Origin: Phoronis australis
Taxonomy: Eukaryota > Animalia > Phoronida
Reading direction: 5' to 3'
NCBI GenBank assembly: GCA_002633005.1
Contig: NMRA01000201.1
Coordinates: 641,557-705,556 of the forward strand
DNA length: 64,000 nt
Part shown: positions 49,009 to 63,539 of the stretch, in pieces
Layout: each line of letters opens with the position of its first letter
How positions within the stretch are numbered: the stretch's first letter is position 1
Program-made: the position numbers and the translations under genes
Notes under the pieces: model-generated
What the model was told of the DNA's origin: nothing
The model's database searches: none
The model's input: only the letters and a program-made list of their open reading frames with translations

Positions 49009-52000
49009 TAGTCCACTATGAGATTTTATAGTCATCGTTCAGAGATTAAATGTGGATGGTCCCTTGTGACGAAGTGCAGGTTTAATTTTTAGCGACAAGT
49101 GCAGGGACACTGAGGTCTTTTGTGTGCATAAATTTATATTCAGAGCCAACCGAATGAATGTCCTCCCGTTCCTGGAACCATGATAATCTTGAGTTGTGTG
49201 CTCTAAACGTGCACCCAAGCCGATTTTTTTTGAAAAATTACCGCTTAAGTTATGGATTTGTATGTCTACCAGCCACTCTGCAGCCTGGTTTTACTATGAA
49301 ATTTAATCTTCGCGTGGTAACTATGCAAATATGAAGGATATAAATATGCTCTCATCAACAAGTGACTCCAATTAATCTCCAAGTCAGACAGTCAGGACTG
49401 CTTCTGTTCATGAATATTACCCGTATCTCTGGCACAAATTGCATGCTCTGAGACAATCTGTTGCTCAGGTGGATTCTGAAGGATGCTGATAATGACATTG
49501 TCATGGTGTTTCCTGTGTTCAGCCAACAAGAAACATACTTGTTGATTATAAACCAGTGTGCTGTGTTCTGGTAGTGGAATGTAATCAACAGCTGAGTGAT
49601 AATTGTACTGTGTGGGGCATCGAGTACAATTTGTGCTTTTAATATTGTAAGAATGCATGTCATGTATTTTTAGGCACATAGTATTCAGTGCTCAGTTTTT
49701 CGTTTTTTCGTTTAACTTTCTATTTTTATATTTTTTGTATATAAGCTGCTGCCCAGGTTAGATAGTAGTTCAATTTCTAATCAATGTTAATTATTTCTCT
49801 ATGACGTGATTTACTGCAAACCCGCTGAAGCTAAGTTTGTACCCAGGAAAACATTTCAATTTCTCGCTTGCAATTTGTTTGAGAAAAATTAACATTTGTT
49901 CAAGCCTGTCTCGGGAATCTCAAAACAAATTTAGGATAGGGTTATTGGCAAAGTGGCAACTTAGATCGCGAATGTGTCTCAAATACGTGGCCCGTGAACC
50001 TGGGGACATTCATGTTCTTTGCGGGTATAGCTGGGGGGAGGGGTTCAAGATCTTGAAATGATGCGTTTTCCCATTTGATTAATGTTGATGACAGCTTCCA
50101 TATTTTTAGTATTTTGGTCCATCATATTTAAGGCATTCAGTTTCCGTTCTTATTGAACTGCTATGCATGACCAATTTAGAATACCATCATACTGTATCCC
50201 ATCAATGGGATACATAGATTTTCATATTCAATACAGGGTAAAATTTGTGATATTAGTAAATTCTGCATTATTGAATTGCACGGTATACAGCAACATTTAT
50301 GTTTCATCAAATATAATTGAATAATGGTTACTGCATGGTTAGCCATAATTTCTGAGAAGGCAATTATTGTAAGTTTGCATTTCCAACACTAATTGCAATA
50401 TGCAATAAACTTAATGAATGTCATGTAAAAGACACGTTTCGTTGGTCATCCCACTCTCTCTATATTGATTTATTGGCCCTGTCCACACAACTCTGCAAAC
50501 TTTTGAAAATAATCCTTTCTTTGTGGTAAAGGTTCCGGTCACATGAATCCACTGAATTCGACAACCAAAATCACAATTTTTGGAAAAGATTAAGTCCTTT
50601 ACCAGTCCAGTAACATAGTAACAGTATTCGAGTGGATAGGCAAAAGCACAATTTTTAAAAAACACTCAAAATGCCGTACATGTATTTACAGAAAATGCTG
50701 TCCATACTGTCCATATATATACCATACATATATTAGTGCAGTGGACAAGTTGAATTTTTGGTTATAACCCTATTCATGCATAGTCTAGATAATGTTGGCC
50801 AGGAACTTTTTAGTTGTAAACACAAAAAAGAGATGTTATCAAAATGAAAATGGAGTGGCTTGCCATGCATGCAGTGCTTTAGACCTGGGAGTAACACATC
50901 ACTGCATGGTCCCAGATGATAAATGAACGATAGCAACCAAACAATAACAACCAAACAATAACAACCCAGTCAGCACAGCAGTTTGCCATGGGCTCTGCTG
51001 CCTGGTCTGTTGAAAATAAGCTGGCCTGAATTGGCATTTTTTCAGACTGTGTGGTCAATGGTAGGTCATGGACCTGCTTCTGACCAAGCTACCTGAAAAT
51101 CAGTGACCTGTGCAAATTCAGTGATGTATCTCAGGTCAACTCCAGCTCCCATCCATTGTTTTCATGTGACCCTATACATCCAAGTTATGCAGTTGTGGAG
51201 CTGATATAACACTACTGAATCACTTTACTGGCTGGTTGTACATGTAAGCTGATTCTGTACAAATCATTTATTGATAACTGAGTCGCTGGTTATCTTGTCT
51301 TGTTGTTGGAGTTCATGAGTGTTTTGAGATATGATTGTCTCCCACACATGAGGATAATTGTTTTGCGTTGTTTGTTTCTTAACATAAAGAGCCCCAAGCT
51401 TTGAGGTTGCTAATTCTTCAGTGTACATATTCCTTGTTACACAAAGTCCTACAGCTTCAGGAATCAGGATTTCCACAGCGTGCTTCAAGTGCGTAATATT
51501 GTAGACTTTTTTGTTTCTGATGGCTTTTGTGATTTGTCAGATTTTGTGACAGAAAGGAACTTTGAGAATTTAAAAGTGTCCTTTCCCTATTTAACAGATT
51601 TTGCTATGGGGAACTTGGAAATGGAGCTTGTATTATTCTGGTGCTATAAATGGAGTGCGATTGTTATATTGTTGGTCTTATCTATATGCTAATGATAGTT
51701 ATTGAATGCTGGTATACTTAACTAAATGACATCCGAAATATAAGGCATGCACATTTTCATGTTCTTTTGAGACTTAGTTATGGTTGAGACCTAGTACTTT
51801 TACTTTCTCCAGGAGTGTATTTGATTATGTATTGACGTTTGGAAGGTTTGTATGAAGAATGGGTCTGGGTGAAGTCTGAAGTCAACCAAACATCAATTGA
51901 TCCCTTAATTCTCGTATATATGCGATAACTTTACTCTAGTACATTGGGTTGCATTGCCGATATGCCATATTTTCCATTTTCTTTTTCGGTTTTCCAGATT

Positions 52001-53309
52001 AATGCATTTTTGTTTGTAATTGTTTTGCAATAAATTTGATCATGCACCCATTTGTGTATTGATGTACTTTTAGGTAATAGGTTATGCAGAGCTCAAATTT
52101 GAGCGTGTTTTGAGATAATAGTGCATTTTGAAAGCTTTAATTTTACAGTGAATGAACATCCCTCGGCATGGCAAATGAAATTAGAAATCTTTCCAATATC
52201 CAATTTGTTGAAGGCTAAGAAAATTCCTTTTTCGCGGAACCCAACTTTAGTGTTTGCAGAAAATTTTATAGGCAAAACACTCCTGCTCTAAAATTGGGAT
52301 ACCAACCCTTTTAAAATTGCCACAATGAAAAGAACCCTTTTACAGAGATAGCGCAATGAAAAGATACCCATTTCTTTTGTAGAGAACTTCCATGAAATGA
52401 TGAAAGTCATGCTTTCATGGGAGCTTTTCCCGTAACATAAATCTTTTGCTAGTTAATCTAGTTGTAAACCTTACCAAATACTTATTTATTGTTCGATAAA
52501 AATCTGTTCCATTGTCCTTAAACCTCTCAAAAATTCCTTATCATAAGGTACACACAGCAGTGCATACTTGGTAGTCTTACCAACCCATTGCTAGTGTGGC
52601 ATTTGTTTGTGAATCTGGCAGTGATCGACCTGCGATTCTGAGCATTATGTTCGATAGGTTCCAATACACTTTTGGTTCAGTGTTTGTGTTTGTAACTGTC
52701 GGAAGGTACGTTTCTTTGTATTCTGCTGGTGTCTTGGAATCTATGTACAATTTTCATACTCATCTTTTGATACGAGATCCTCCTCCTAAAGGAAAATTAA
52801 ACTTCATTTCAACAGTAAATTGATCAATAGAAAACTCAATCTGCTGTGTAGAATATGTGTAGAGCTTCAAAAAAGACATTACTGCCAGTGGTTAAATAGA
52901 AAAGTTCTGAACAAATACCGGTGCATGGTTCCTAATCAATCGGTAGAATATGAGAAAGATGCACTGACAAACAAACCCAACCCATAGCAAATACACAGAT
53001 TACATGCTCAAAGCGACTGTAAAACATGGCAAAAATATGTAATACAAGTGTGTAATCCGTTTGAAAAGTGCAGTGTTATCGGTGTTGACGAACTGCCATG
53101 CTAGCGTGTAGCCGTGATAACTGTGTAAAAATGTGACATGCTAGCGTGGCAATGACATGTTTCATCGCCATACATGCTGGGAAGCTGTGTCTTTTAAGAC
53201 AATCACCACGATTTACACACTTAACGTAGAAAATATATCTGAAACTAAATAAGGCGATCCAGATCCTCCCAAGGATACTATTGTTTCGTGAAATGAAGAA
53301 TATAAATCG

Positions 53310-53445
53310 GTAAATAAAACAACAAGAATGGATCAACTGAAATTTGAAATTTTCGGAGGTAACAACTTCCTTTTTGTTGATAAAGGAAGTTGTTACCTCC
53401 GAAAATTTCAAATTTCAGTTGATCCATTCTTGTTGTTTTATTTAC
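53310..53445. repeat. Perfect inverted repeat, 64-bp arms with 8-nt loop
   Basis: 53310-53373 is the exact reverse complement of 53382-53445. Confidence 0.93.
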
Positions 53446-54292
53446 ACACTTAGAAATGTAAAACGTTGAAATATTAGAACAAAAATTACACGTTTTCGCC
53501 ATGTTTGCTAGGATGCGGATGACGTACATGCTACGTTTTGTATGCCGCATGTCACGCGGATGCCACACAATTTACACGGTTTTCCCATACCATCGCTCAG
53601 GGGATGACATCCGTGTAAAATTCTCACCCTGCGACCAGAATGACCCACGCTAAGCAATCGTAGCGACAAAACAAATTTGCAAATTCCCCATTGTTTTTAA
53701 GTGGACAGCTTCGATTCAGTTGTTTCACGCAATCAGTTTCCTGTGATTTGTGCTTAGTTGCAAGAAACTGTTAAAATTGTGTGAAGGGTTACATTTGCCT
53801 AGTCTGTGAACCTCTGCATTGCTTACTCGGGGAGCTCTTAGTCGTTCTTCATTCAACATTTCCTCAGGTTTTCATTATAGCTGTTGATTCAGTTCGTTTA
53901 GTGAGAAAAACATCCCATGGTGCGAAGATCCATTACGTTTGGCAATCTGTGCCAAAATTGTGAGGAACTTTGCCAAATTCTTGTGTTTGTAACACTTGAG
54001 ACACAAGATAAATTTAGTTCACTGAGAGGCTCAAATTAGCTACTAAGTCTGCCCGTAACCATGGTAATGGCAAAACACCATAAAGCAGTACCATTACTTA
54101 GAAAAGAAGAAAATATTGATTGGACTATTTTTAGCCTGATAACGAGTTCAGCTATTAGTATAATATAGAATGAAAGTTATTTCCAAATGCATGCAGAAGG
54201 TATACATTTCAAAAATGTGTAAATTTCAATAATCTGTCAGTAGTTTTTGAATGTACAAGGTAGTAGCAGCTCGCATTACTTCTGTTTACTTA

Positions 54293-54394
54293 AAGCAGCC
54301 TTAGTTACTTAGATTTGTGGGCAGCTTTCCCTATCATCACCCTAAGCAGCCTTAGTTACTTACATTTGTGGGCAGCTTTCCCTATCATCACCCT
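54293..54394. repeat. 51-bp tandem duplication (2 copies, 1 mismatch)
   Basis: AAGCAGCCTTAGTTACTTA(G/C)ATTTGTGGGCAGCTTTCCCTATCATCACCCT x2. Confidence 0.9.
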
Positions 54395-55726
54395 ATGGAC
54401 TATTGGGTTATACATGTCTGCACCCCTATTTGACCTGACCCCAAATTATCAAAAAAGTTACTTTTGAATGGCATTGTTCTGTTGTGCTTAAGGTTAGCAC
54501 CCTACAAAACTGTCCAAATTTGGTTAAAATTGGAATATCATGTTTCGGAAATGTCTGAAGGGATTGATGTTCTATTCTCCAAACAGATATTAAAATTTGT
54601 TTTTAAAATGTTCTACTTTTGCATAAGGGGCTATTACAAAAATAGTGATTTTATGATTTTCATGAGAAAAATTAACTTTACATTTCATAATTCGAAATGA
54701 TGTTTTAGAAAACGTTCATATTGTTTTGAGATCTACCTTGAACATTTTATGTCAAATTAACTTTGATCTTGTTCTTAAATACCTAGGTTTTGCTATCAAA
54801 TATTGTACCTGTTTTTGCTAAATTTTACTTGACAGACATGTCCATGTGACCCAGTTAAAGGAAGATTGGCAAAGTTCTACAGGCTTTTTTACCTATATGT
54901 ATCAGTACAGTTTTGTAGCAACCCTTCCTTAACACAACTTTCATTAAGTTTTTAGTTGTGTTTTCGACGAATCTTGTATATGTATATGTACTTTTACCGA
55001 ATTAAAATCTATAGTTTTGAAGATATTTAAGTGAATTCAGAGACCAAGATGATATTGCCTCCATGTTGATAGCTTCCCTGCTCTGTTATCTTTGTGATAC
55101 CTGTTAAATAAATGTTCTTGGAGAAGTTACAGCTTCGCAAACAACAAGTTACGTCACTTCATAAAATAGCTGCAAGTTGTTCTTACAACTTCTAAAACAA
55201 TCTATCAAACTACCATGGGGATCAGGTTGGCTAAACTGTTTACATTAAAAAGTTTGGACTTTTGGGACAGTGAAAATTAAAATAATTACTTTACACAAGA
55301 TTGGAGCTTTTAATTGAATATTTGAAATAGGCGTAGCACAAGAACATTCAAAATGTCAATCAACGAACGGCATTTTTAAAAAATCATTCACTTAAATGCT
55401 GCATAATATAGCGACCCATGAAAATGCTACATCCGCAACTAATTTGTACAATTGTATTGGCTGCCAAGTCTTTAAATTTTCATATTGTTGATACAAAACA
55501 CAGTGTCACATAGTTGAGAAATACCGTGTATGCCAAAAATGCCCGTTTTCCTGTTTCCAGAGTCAAGAAAATTGAATTTTGGTTTCAAATTTGGTGTCCC
55601 AAAATTTAAGAGATTTCACCTGAACTGTACAATATTTTATGGTAGGGAATGGGGCTTACCACTAACAACTAAGGCCAAGTCACTTGATATTTCAGGGTAA
55701 TGCCTTGGGTGTAGTTTGACTTCACA

Positions 55727-58700
55727 ATGGCTGAGGAGAACAAAAAGTGTGACTATATAGTGCACCATGCTTCTAAACACATGGCTCAAGCCTTCAGCAG
55801 ATTTCAGCTGATGAGAACCTCGGGAGAGCTGTGTGACATTGACCTCATAGTCGGAGAAAAGCGAGTGCCAGCCCACAAGGCAGTACTATCGTCATGCAGT
55901 CCATATTTCCACGCCATGTTTACAAGTAAGTACAATATCTGAGAAGTGATGCCCTGCTTTTGACTGTTCACCTTTAGGGTTACATCTAACAAATCTGAAG
56001 TGATCTCAGGAGTTCCTTGACTTGTTTTCATGAAGTTTTAAAAGCTTATAGGTTAATTTCTGTTTGGGAGATGACAAAGCCTTCTCTTTTTCTAACAGCC
56101 TTGACATATTCTCCACTGTCCAGTGGCCACTTTTATGATTCTATTAAACCCCCCTGGAAGCATACTTTTTGTGTTGTGGCCATGAGCACATTTTTTAACA
56201 CGGAGTGTTTTTTTAAACACGTGTTTCTCTTAATTGTTCAACAGTTGGTTTAAGCATCAAGTACTGAGTTTTGCCGACTTCTGCATGTTTAAATCATATG
56301 CCAATTATGATCTTGTATTTCAGATGAAATGTTAGAGAGGTACTCCAGCGAGGTGATCTTTCCCAATATAGATGGATACGCCCTTGAGCTTTTGGTGGAT
56401 TTTGCATACAGAGCTGAGATCACAATAAGTGAAACTAATGTCCAGGTATTCGTTTTCAATTCAGTATTCAATGTCATAAGCTTTAAACGTAAAACGTTTA
56501 TTGTTTATTTCAATTAGTTGTCAAGAGGCTACTTCACAAAACTGGCTATCAGCCTGATGTGAAGTGTGACTGTGATTTGAGAGTGGCATGTGGAACAGTT
56601 ATGAAACTTAGAGTAGAGGTGTCTGTTAGGTGCTCTGGAATGGCTACAAGGTTCTGGGAGCTTGGTGATAATGAGCAGAAAGGGGGTACAATCTTTGAGA
56701 GCTAGCTAGGCACAAAATGTGCTTGTTGCCCTCACATTTAAAGTTATGGGATTGGGGTGAAACGTCCTTAATAATTATACTTTCAGAAGTCCCCTAAGTG
56801 ATGGGGAAACCTTATACCAACACAACTGCTCACCGGGAAGCCTTATAAGCAACCTTAGCTTGTAAATTCTGGCCAAGTGGCATTGTAAACAGAGAATACT
56901 TTGATTTAGTTGATGCATGTCTGTGGCAGCTTTGGAAAAAGCTACGTATTTCCCTTTTTGAGTTGCCTGGTAGATACCCTGTGTCTGCCAAAGAATAGTG
57001 TGCATTCATGAAAGTTACTCCACATAATGAAAGGATTTATGTGTTAACACCCGCACCGATCAAGATTGCGCAACTTGACAGGTTTGCATAAACCTCCGAA
57101 TCGGCCGGCATTGATGAAAGACACATGCAGTCACCTCAGGCTGCTGATGTTATTATTCTCTAGATAATTAAACCTATCATAAACACATTAGGGCAGACAA
57201 TAGATTTTTAAATTTCTGATTTTGAAAATTGGACAAGAAATGTGACTTGCAACCTAAATACCTGTAATACCTGTAATACCTGTCACGGACAGGATCATTG
57301 GGGGATATGCTGGTGCATTAATCCCCTCCCAAGACCATCCCCGTNAGGAAGCAGATAGCTCCTGAGGTAAGCGGGCAGTACTTGAATCAGTGGCAAATAT
57401 TGACTCCTGGTTGACTCCTTGTGTCTTCCGTCTCCTATCAGCGAGTTTGCACATTTAGCCAAATCAAAACTACAAGTAATTATAGACCTTATTCACACAG
57501 TCTCCATTTTAAAAGGGAGCCTCTTTTTAGGTTTTAAAAACAATGCAATCTGCACTAATCACAGTGCAAAGTGTGATTTTCTGCATGCTTCGTTAATATT
57601 TTTATCTCAAATACATTACCTAAAAAGAGGCTCACTTTTCAAATGGCGACAGTGTGAATAAGGTGTATAAAATTTAAATACTTTTATTATAAAATTATTG
57701 TATTTTTTGCAATCATTGAAAGTGTTTTAATTTTGAACACTGAACCAGTGTTCCATTGGATGATCACGTGACCGTGTTACAGTAGCTAATCAACAGTATC
57801 ATGTTTCAGTATGTTTTTCTTTATGTTTTATCTTACCTATCTTTTCACTATAATAAATTTCATGACTTTTGTTTAAAATAATCATCAAAAAGTCATCAAT
57901 TTTTTATTCCGTTTCATTTTAAAAATGATATGGCATTTCCTAGTACACCATGTAAAACATTGTATTTATTTAGTACCACGCAGTTTCCTTCAAATCCAAT
58001 CAGTCATTTAAGTGATGTATGGAAGNGCTACTCCAGGAGGCCATTCCCGAGCTTCCCTGTTGAAAGCAATGATGACATTCGGTTCCTCACCAAGTTCTTG
58101 TATTGGCAGCCAAGCAGCATCTTGCGCGATCATGTGTTCGCCGATGAGACCCATGGTTGCAGCGACAGTCCACGAGCACCTGCTAAGTCTTTGGTGGGAG
58201 GCATTGCGAAAAGGTCTAGGACGAAGTCCATAAGTTTCTGTTGCAGGGACGGGGTTCACGCACCTGTCAAGTGCAGTCTTCACTTGACTGTGTAATGGAT
58301 GGAAGGGGCTTTGAACAGCCTTGGCTACAGTAAACCTAAAACGTTTGTGCCAATTACGTGACAGCTATTGAAATTTGAGGTGAGCCAACTGCCGTCATAC
58401 CATTTTTGGCTCAGTGGTCTAATATCATCAACTTGTCCAATTTTGGTGTACTGAGGCGACAATAAGAGCGGGCAGTTGGTGGGATGTTCACTTGATCCCA
58501 TTGCAAGTTGACGTGTGAATTGTCTTATACATGAAAGTTCAGAAAAATCGCAATCTACATGAGTCCACTTAAGTTTGTCTTTTCCCTGTAGGTTCTGTTG
58601 CCTGCAGCTAGTTTGCTACAGTTGAACAGTGTCCGCGAGGCTTGCTGCAACTTCTTGCTGAAACAGCTTCACCCAACCAACTGCCTGGGAATCAAGAGCT

Positions 58701-61700
58701 TCGCCGATGCCCACTCATGCGGTGAACTGCTCAAGTTATCTAAGGAGTATGCCCTGCAGAACTTTGTCGATGTCTGTGATACTGAAGAGTTTCTTCAACT
58801 TCCAGAGTCTGAGGTTAGAGTACTTTTGGTTCGAAAGTTCATCTCTAATTGGTGAACTCTGAAACTACAAATTTCCAGTACTGTTGTACTTCTTTTCAGC
58901 TTCAAATCAAGCTATCATAAGAAGTCTTTGAACTGGATTTTGGATATTTAACTATTTTTAACATAATTATTAATTGAGCTTCGAGTTTTGTAAAACATGA
59001 AATGGATTTGAAATTTACAATTAAGTTGCCATTTTCCTCTAATCTGTGGAAATCTTACCTTTACCACAACTCAGCTCACTTGAATGGTAACTTGATTAGA
59101 AAAAACCAGAAGAGCCCATATGAGCTTAAACCACCAGCCTACCAATTATGACACCACTACACAAAAATCCCTTTTCTGAATCTACTTACTATAATTTAAA
59201 GTAAACCAGGGGTCACATAAAAAACCATGGAGTGTCGATCAGCTTTTGTACTTCTTGCAAAATTAAGACATCTAAGTTGCTGTAAAGACTTTTAGTTTAT
59301 CAGTTTTTTGTGCTCCTTATGATTGCAGGACTAATTCTTTATGCTAAAGTTTGGCAACTATTACTGACCTGTAACAATTAAATCTCAATTGAGCTAAAGT
59401 GCAACTTCTATAAATTATTAACTATACTGTGATACACTCATAATTACTTGGCTAAACCTGTAGCAATTGCGAAGTCAAAGTCTAACACCAAATCTCTGTC
59501 ACTTTCGGGGAACAGACCCCTGGTCGATGTCAGCTTCAGTCTTCAAGCTCAATCAAATTTCACGTCTTCTTTGCACAATATGAAAGTTTGTGGCATCTCT
59601 TGATTTAAAAGCAATTTATCGCATAGACGTGTGGTTGGCGACTGTCCTTGCAGGTTGTTGAGCTGATGAAGAGTGAAGATCTATGTATTACATCAGAGGA
59701 ACAGGTTTACAACGGTGCAATGAAATGGCTGAAATATGACATTGACAACAGGAAGCAGATAGCTCCTGAGGTAAGCGGGCAGTACTTGAATCAGTGGCAA
59801 ATATTGACTCCTGGTTGACTCCTTGTGTCTTCCGTCTCCTATCAGCGAGTTTGCACATTTAGCCAAATCAAAACTACAAGTAATTATAGACCTTATTCAC
59901 ACAGTCTCCATTTTAAAAGGGAGCCTCTTTTTAGGTTTTAAAAACAATGCAATCTGCACTAATCACAGTGCAAAGTGTGATTTTCTGCATGCTTCGTTAA
60001 TATTTTTATCTCAAATACATTACCTAAAAAGAGGCTCACTTTTCAAATGGCGACAGTGTGAATAAGGTGTATAAAATTTAAATACTTTTATTATAAAATT
60101 ATTGTATTTTTTGCAATCATTGAAAGTGTTTTAATTTTGAACACTGAACCAGTGTTCCATTGGATGATCACGTGACCGTGTTACAGTAGCTAATCAACAG
60201 TATCATGTTTCAGTATGTTTTTCTTTATGTTTTATCTTACCTATCTTTTCACTATAATAAATTTCATGACTTTTGTTTNGCAATGGATCCGCCAATCTAC
60301 CGATCTTCATGTGACCAGCTTGTGATCTAGTTTCCTGTGTCCACAGTCATGCAAACTGCTTTTCAGCTGTTTGCATGGATTTCAACTTACTGCTGTAAGA
60401 GTTGTTATTTCCACTGCCATTCAACTACTGTTCAAGTGTGTTTCAATTCTTTTCATTCCATATATTTCTCAGTTCAGTTACGTGCTTTAATTTGGTCAAT
60501 TTTAAAAGCACGTATTTCTCACCTCAAATGTCAGTGAGATGTGGACGCACGACCATGAGAAGAGGATCGGGCAAGCACTCAACCCACTAGGCCATACTGC
60601 CTCAGACAACTTTTTTTTCACCGTGCGTGATCTTATTAATTTTTAATATTCAGCCATTTTTTGCCAAAGCTATAGGCAAATTACATGAAGGAGTGCAGCT
60701 GCTTTAAGTGCGGGAACTATTACATTTTGAAAAATATGCCGTCCTGTGAATGAGGTGGAAGACAAAATTTCTAGGTCAAAACACTCACAAATTAAATATA
60801 TAGCATGGGGCTTGCTAAATATTAGACTACATGGCATTATTCTTGTGCTCCCCTATCATGCCTGGTAGAATTCTGCTCCTTTTTGTCTAACTTTTTGACG
60901 GAAACTTCAATGTAGTGATAAAATCCTCCTTAATTTGGACATGTTTGTGTCTTGCAGCTGCTGTCTCATGTACGACTGCCTCTTTTAAGCCGTAAGTTTC
61001 TCATGAAAAACGTCATCACAGAGCCTCTGGTGTGTGACAACTCTCAGTGCAAAGATCTGTTGATCGAGGCCATGGCGTTTCAGCTCCTCCCAGAACAGCG
61101 CAACCAAGTAGTATCACACAGGGCGTGCCAGAGAACACCCAAGTCTTTAAAGCCTGCCTTGTTTTGTGTCGGTAAGGAAATATAGGTTTACTTATCAAAA
61201 GATTCTAGCGTTATTAAAATGTATCATGAGGAACTCGATGGTTTTTAGAAAAATTTTTTTTTTTCAAAAAACCATCGAGTTCATCATAGTAGATTTAATA
61301 ACCACGGAAACATTCAATGTCTAGAAAAACCACAAAAGTGAGGGATAATGTGCCTTATGTAGACACGCATTTTGATCTTTTCTTCGATAATAGTTGCCTG
61401 AAAGTTCTTTGCATTTAAAGTGAATGTTTAGGTATATGTCATCATAGCTGATGCCATGGAAATTTAAATTGAGCATTGAATGATTTAGCCGTTGGGGAGC
61501 AGACCCTTGCTCAAACAGATTTTATTAAAAACGTGACTGTCTCCTCATGTTGTTTAAAGTTTTCAGTCATAATGAGCAGGTGAGGAAAAAGATCTGCTAC
61601 AATAATAGTCGTGTTTTAATGAAATTGATTGAATTGTGAAGAATTCACTGTACATTTTGTATTTTTTTAACTTTCCGGCTTTTGGGAAGATTTTGAATTG

Positions 61701-63539
61701 CAATTAATTTTGAAAATATTGAGAAATTAATTGCTAAATATCACTCAACTAATGGGTATCTCCTTCAATACCCCTCTAGGTGGAGGAAGCTTGTTTTCTA
61801 TACACAGTGACTGTGAATGCTACGATCCGTCCACTGACAGTTGGATGCAAATCGCTGCCATGACAACAAGACGATCTCGCACTGGCGTTTGTACGATTGG
61901 TAGAAAGCTTTATGCTGTTGGAGGGTACGTGTGATAAATATGAATTCTCTCTGCAAGGAGATGGTGTGAGGTAGTGAATGATGCAGTTAGTTTGGCAACT
62001 GGCCACTCTTTGCTCTTCGTTATGGGTTTGGAGAGGCTAACTTATCAGCATTATGGATTAGAATTTTGCAAACCCGTATGAATCAAGGGTGCTGTTCATT
62101 CACAATACGTAAACGCTTCTTTTAGTCTTACAACTTCCCCAGTTGGCCTGCTTAGGTGAGCATAGCTTAACCCGGTTGAGAACTAAAATATTAATTTTAT
62201 TACCCAGTATTGATTTTGAACAGCCAAGCCCGGAATGTCCACGAGACACCAATGGCGGCATTTTGTTGTCACCCGTTCACCATGAAAATATTTGGATTAG
62301 CATATAAAAGAGAAACAATAAGAGTTAATCCTTTGACAATGAATTAAGTTTTATTTATGAGGTGATAATTCTTTAATGGATTGTCGATAATTTAGGTATG
62401 ATGGCGCCACAGATCTTTCATCAGCGGAGTGTTACAATCCACAGGAAAACAAGTGGACGAGGATTGCCCCTATGGGAACCAAGCGCAGCTGTTTAGGTCA
62501 GTATGGTCAACGGGTCATGGGGGGTCACTAGACTTGGACTAAGACTCGCAGTGGCATGTCATTCCATCGTTATCTAACTATTATGAATCACTTGTGAGAC
62601 AGAAGTTTAAGAATGCAATCTTTGTTACTTCAATGACTTTAAACTGGACAATGATATTTTCACTGAGTAGGCTAGTTCTCTAAAAGAATGAAAAAATGAA
62701 AACAATTTTCTTTATTTGTTTGGCAACTTTTGTTACGAAAACCTCCCATTTGGTCTCAACTCCAAACAGCAATAGTTTCTAAATTAAGTCTGGTCCAGAC
62801 TCCTATGCTCTATCACCCGGCATCACAACTTGCACACCATTTATCTGCCACTGTTCAAAGAGTTACAGAAACTACAGCCATTCATCAATAGAAACCTAAC
62901 GCATATAAATTAGTTTCTCTTAACTTTTACTGTATTTCTACGAGGATTTCAGATTCAAAAGCCAAACACTTTGGAAAATCAGCAGTTATAGTCTGCAGTA
63001 TGTCAATTTATTTTTGCCAATGTTTTATTGCGTTGGAGCCATCTCTAATGTCACAGTGGTATTGTTGTACTACATAGAATGGGATATTACGTCAGATTTC
63101 ATAATAGACAGACCCCTTGACAGCAGTGGGAATTGTACAAATCTTTAACAACATAATGTGACTCTCTATAACTAGTCGAGTTTCTAACGTTATCTTAACC
63201 ACCTGTCACCTTAATGTGTATGTTCATGAAATCGCATTTCTTCCATTAAACAATGACTTGTGGTGTTCTCAAGAATTTTGACCATCCCAATTAGGTGAGG
63301 TAGCCACTGTGATGGTCTGTCTAAACAAAATCGTATTGTATTGTATTGTATTGTATTGTATTGTGTATGTTGATCAATTCCAGGTGTCACGGTGTGGAAT
63401 GATATGGTGTACGCTGGAGGAGGTTATGATGGCGCCTCATGCCTTAGCAGTGTGGAACATTACGACCCTTTGACCCAAATGTGGAGTTCAGTGGCAGCCA
63501 TGTTGACAAAAAGAAGATATCTCAAATTTGCCACATTAG
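55727..63539 (+). CDS. KLHL17: Kelch-like protein 17 (actinfilin); BTB-BACK-Kelch; 3' end beyond the window
   Basis: Exons 55727-55925 ([31 protein letters not shown]), 56324-56445, 58592-58813 ([18 protein letters not shown]), 59654-59770, 60958-61171 ([12 protein letters not shown]), 61780-61924 ([16 protein letters not shown]), 62396-62496 (YDGATDL...MGTKRSCLG), 63384-63539 ([19 protein letters not shown]). GGGSLFxIHxDCE, RSCLG and YDGASCL are characteristic of KLHL17 among kelch proteins. Confidence 0.92.
57256..58290 (-). mobile_element. Possible non-LTR retroelement remnant in a KLHL17 intron, interrupted by a misplaced contig
   Basis: Minus strand ends in a (ACAGGTATT)3 tail at ~57256-57282; GC-rich pieces 57283-57344 and 58027-58290 flank two single Ns. 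Confidence 0.35.
57346..58025. repeat. Misplaced duplicate of 59750-60278 (end of KLHL17 coding exon 4 plus intron) between two single Ns
   Basis: Apparently identical from AGGAAGCAGATAGCTCCTGAG|GTAAGC onward; continues past the point where the other copy stops at N 60279. Confidence 0.88.
61210..61302. mobile_element. Short imperfect hairpin or MITE remnant
   Basis: GTTATTAAA..ATGAGGAACTCGATGGTTTTT / AAAAACCATCGAGTTCATCAT..TTTAATAAC. Confidence 0.6.
63333..63364. repeat. (GTATT)n microsatellite
   Basis: About six tandem GTATT units. Confidence 0.9.

Noticed and set aside
49355-49679. Two overlapping ~100-aa minus-strand ORFs
   Set aside because: No recognisable motif or convincing splice signals; not supportable as an exon.
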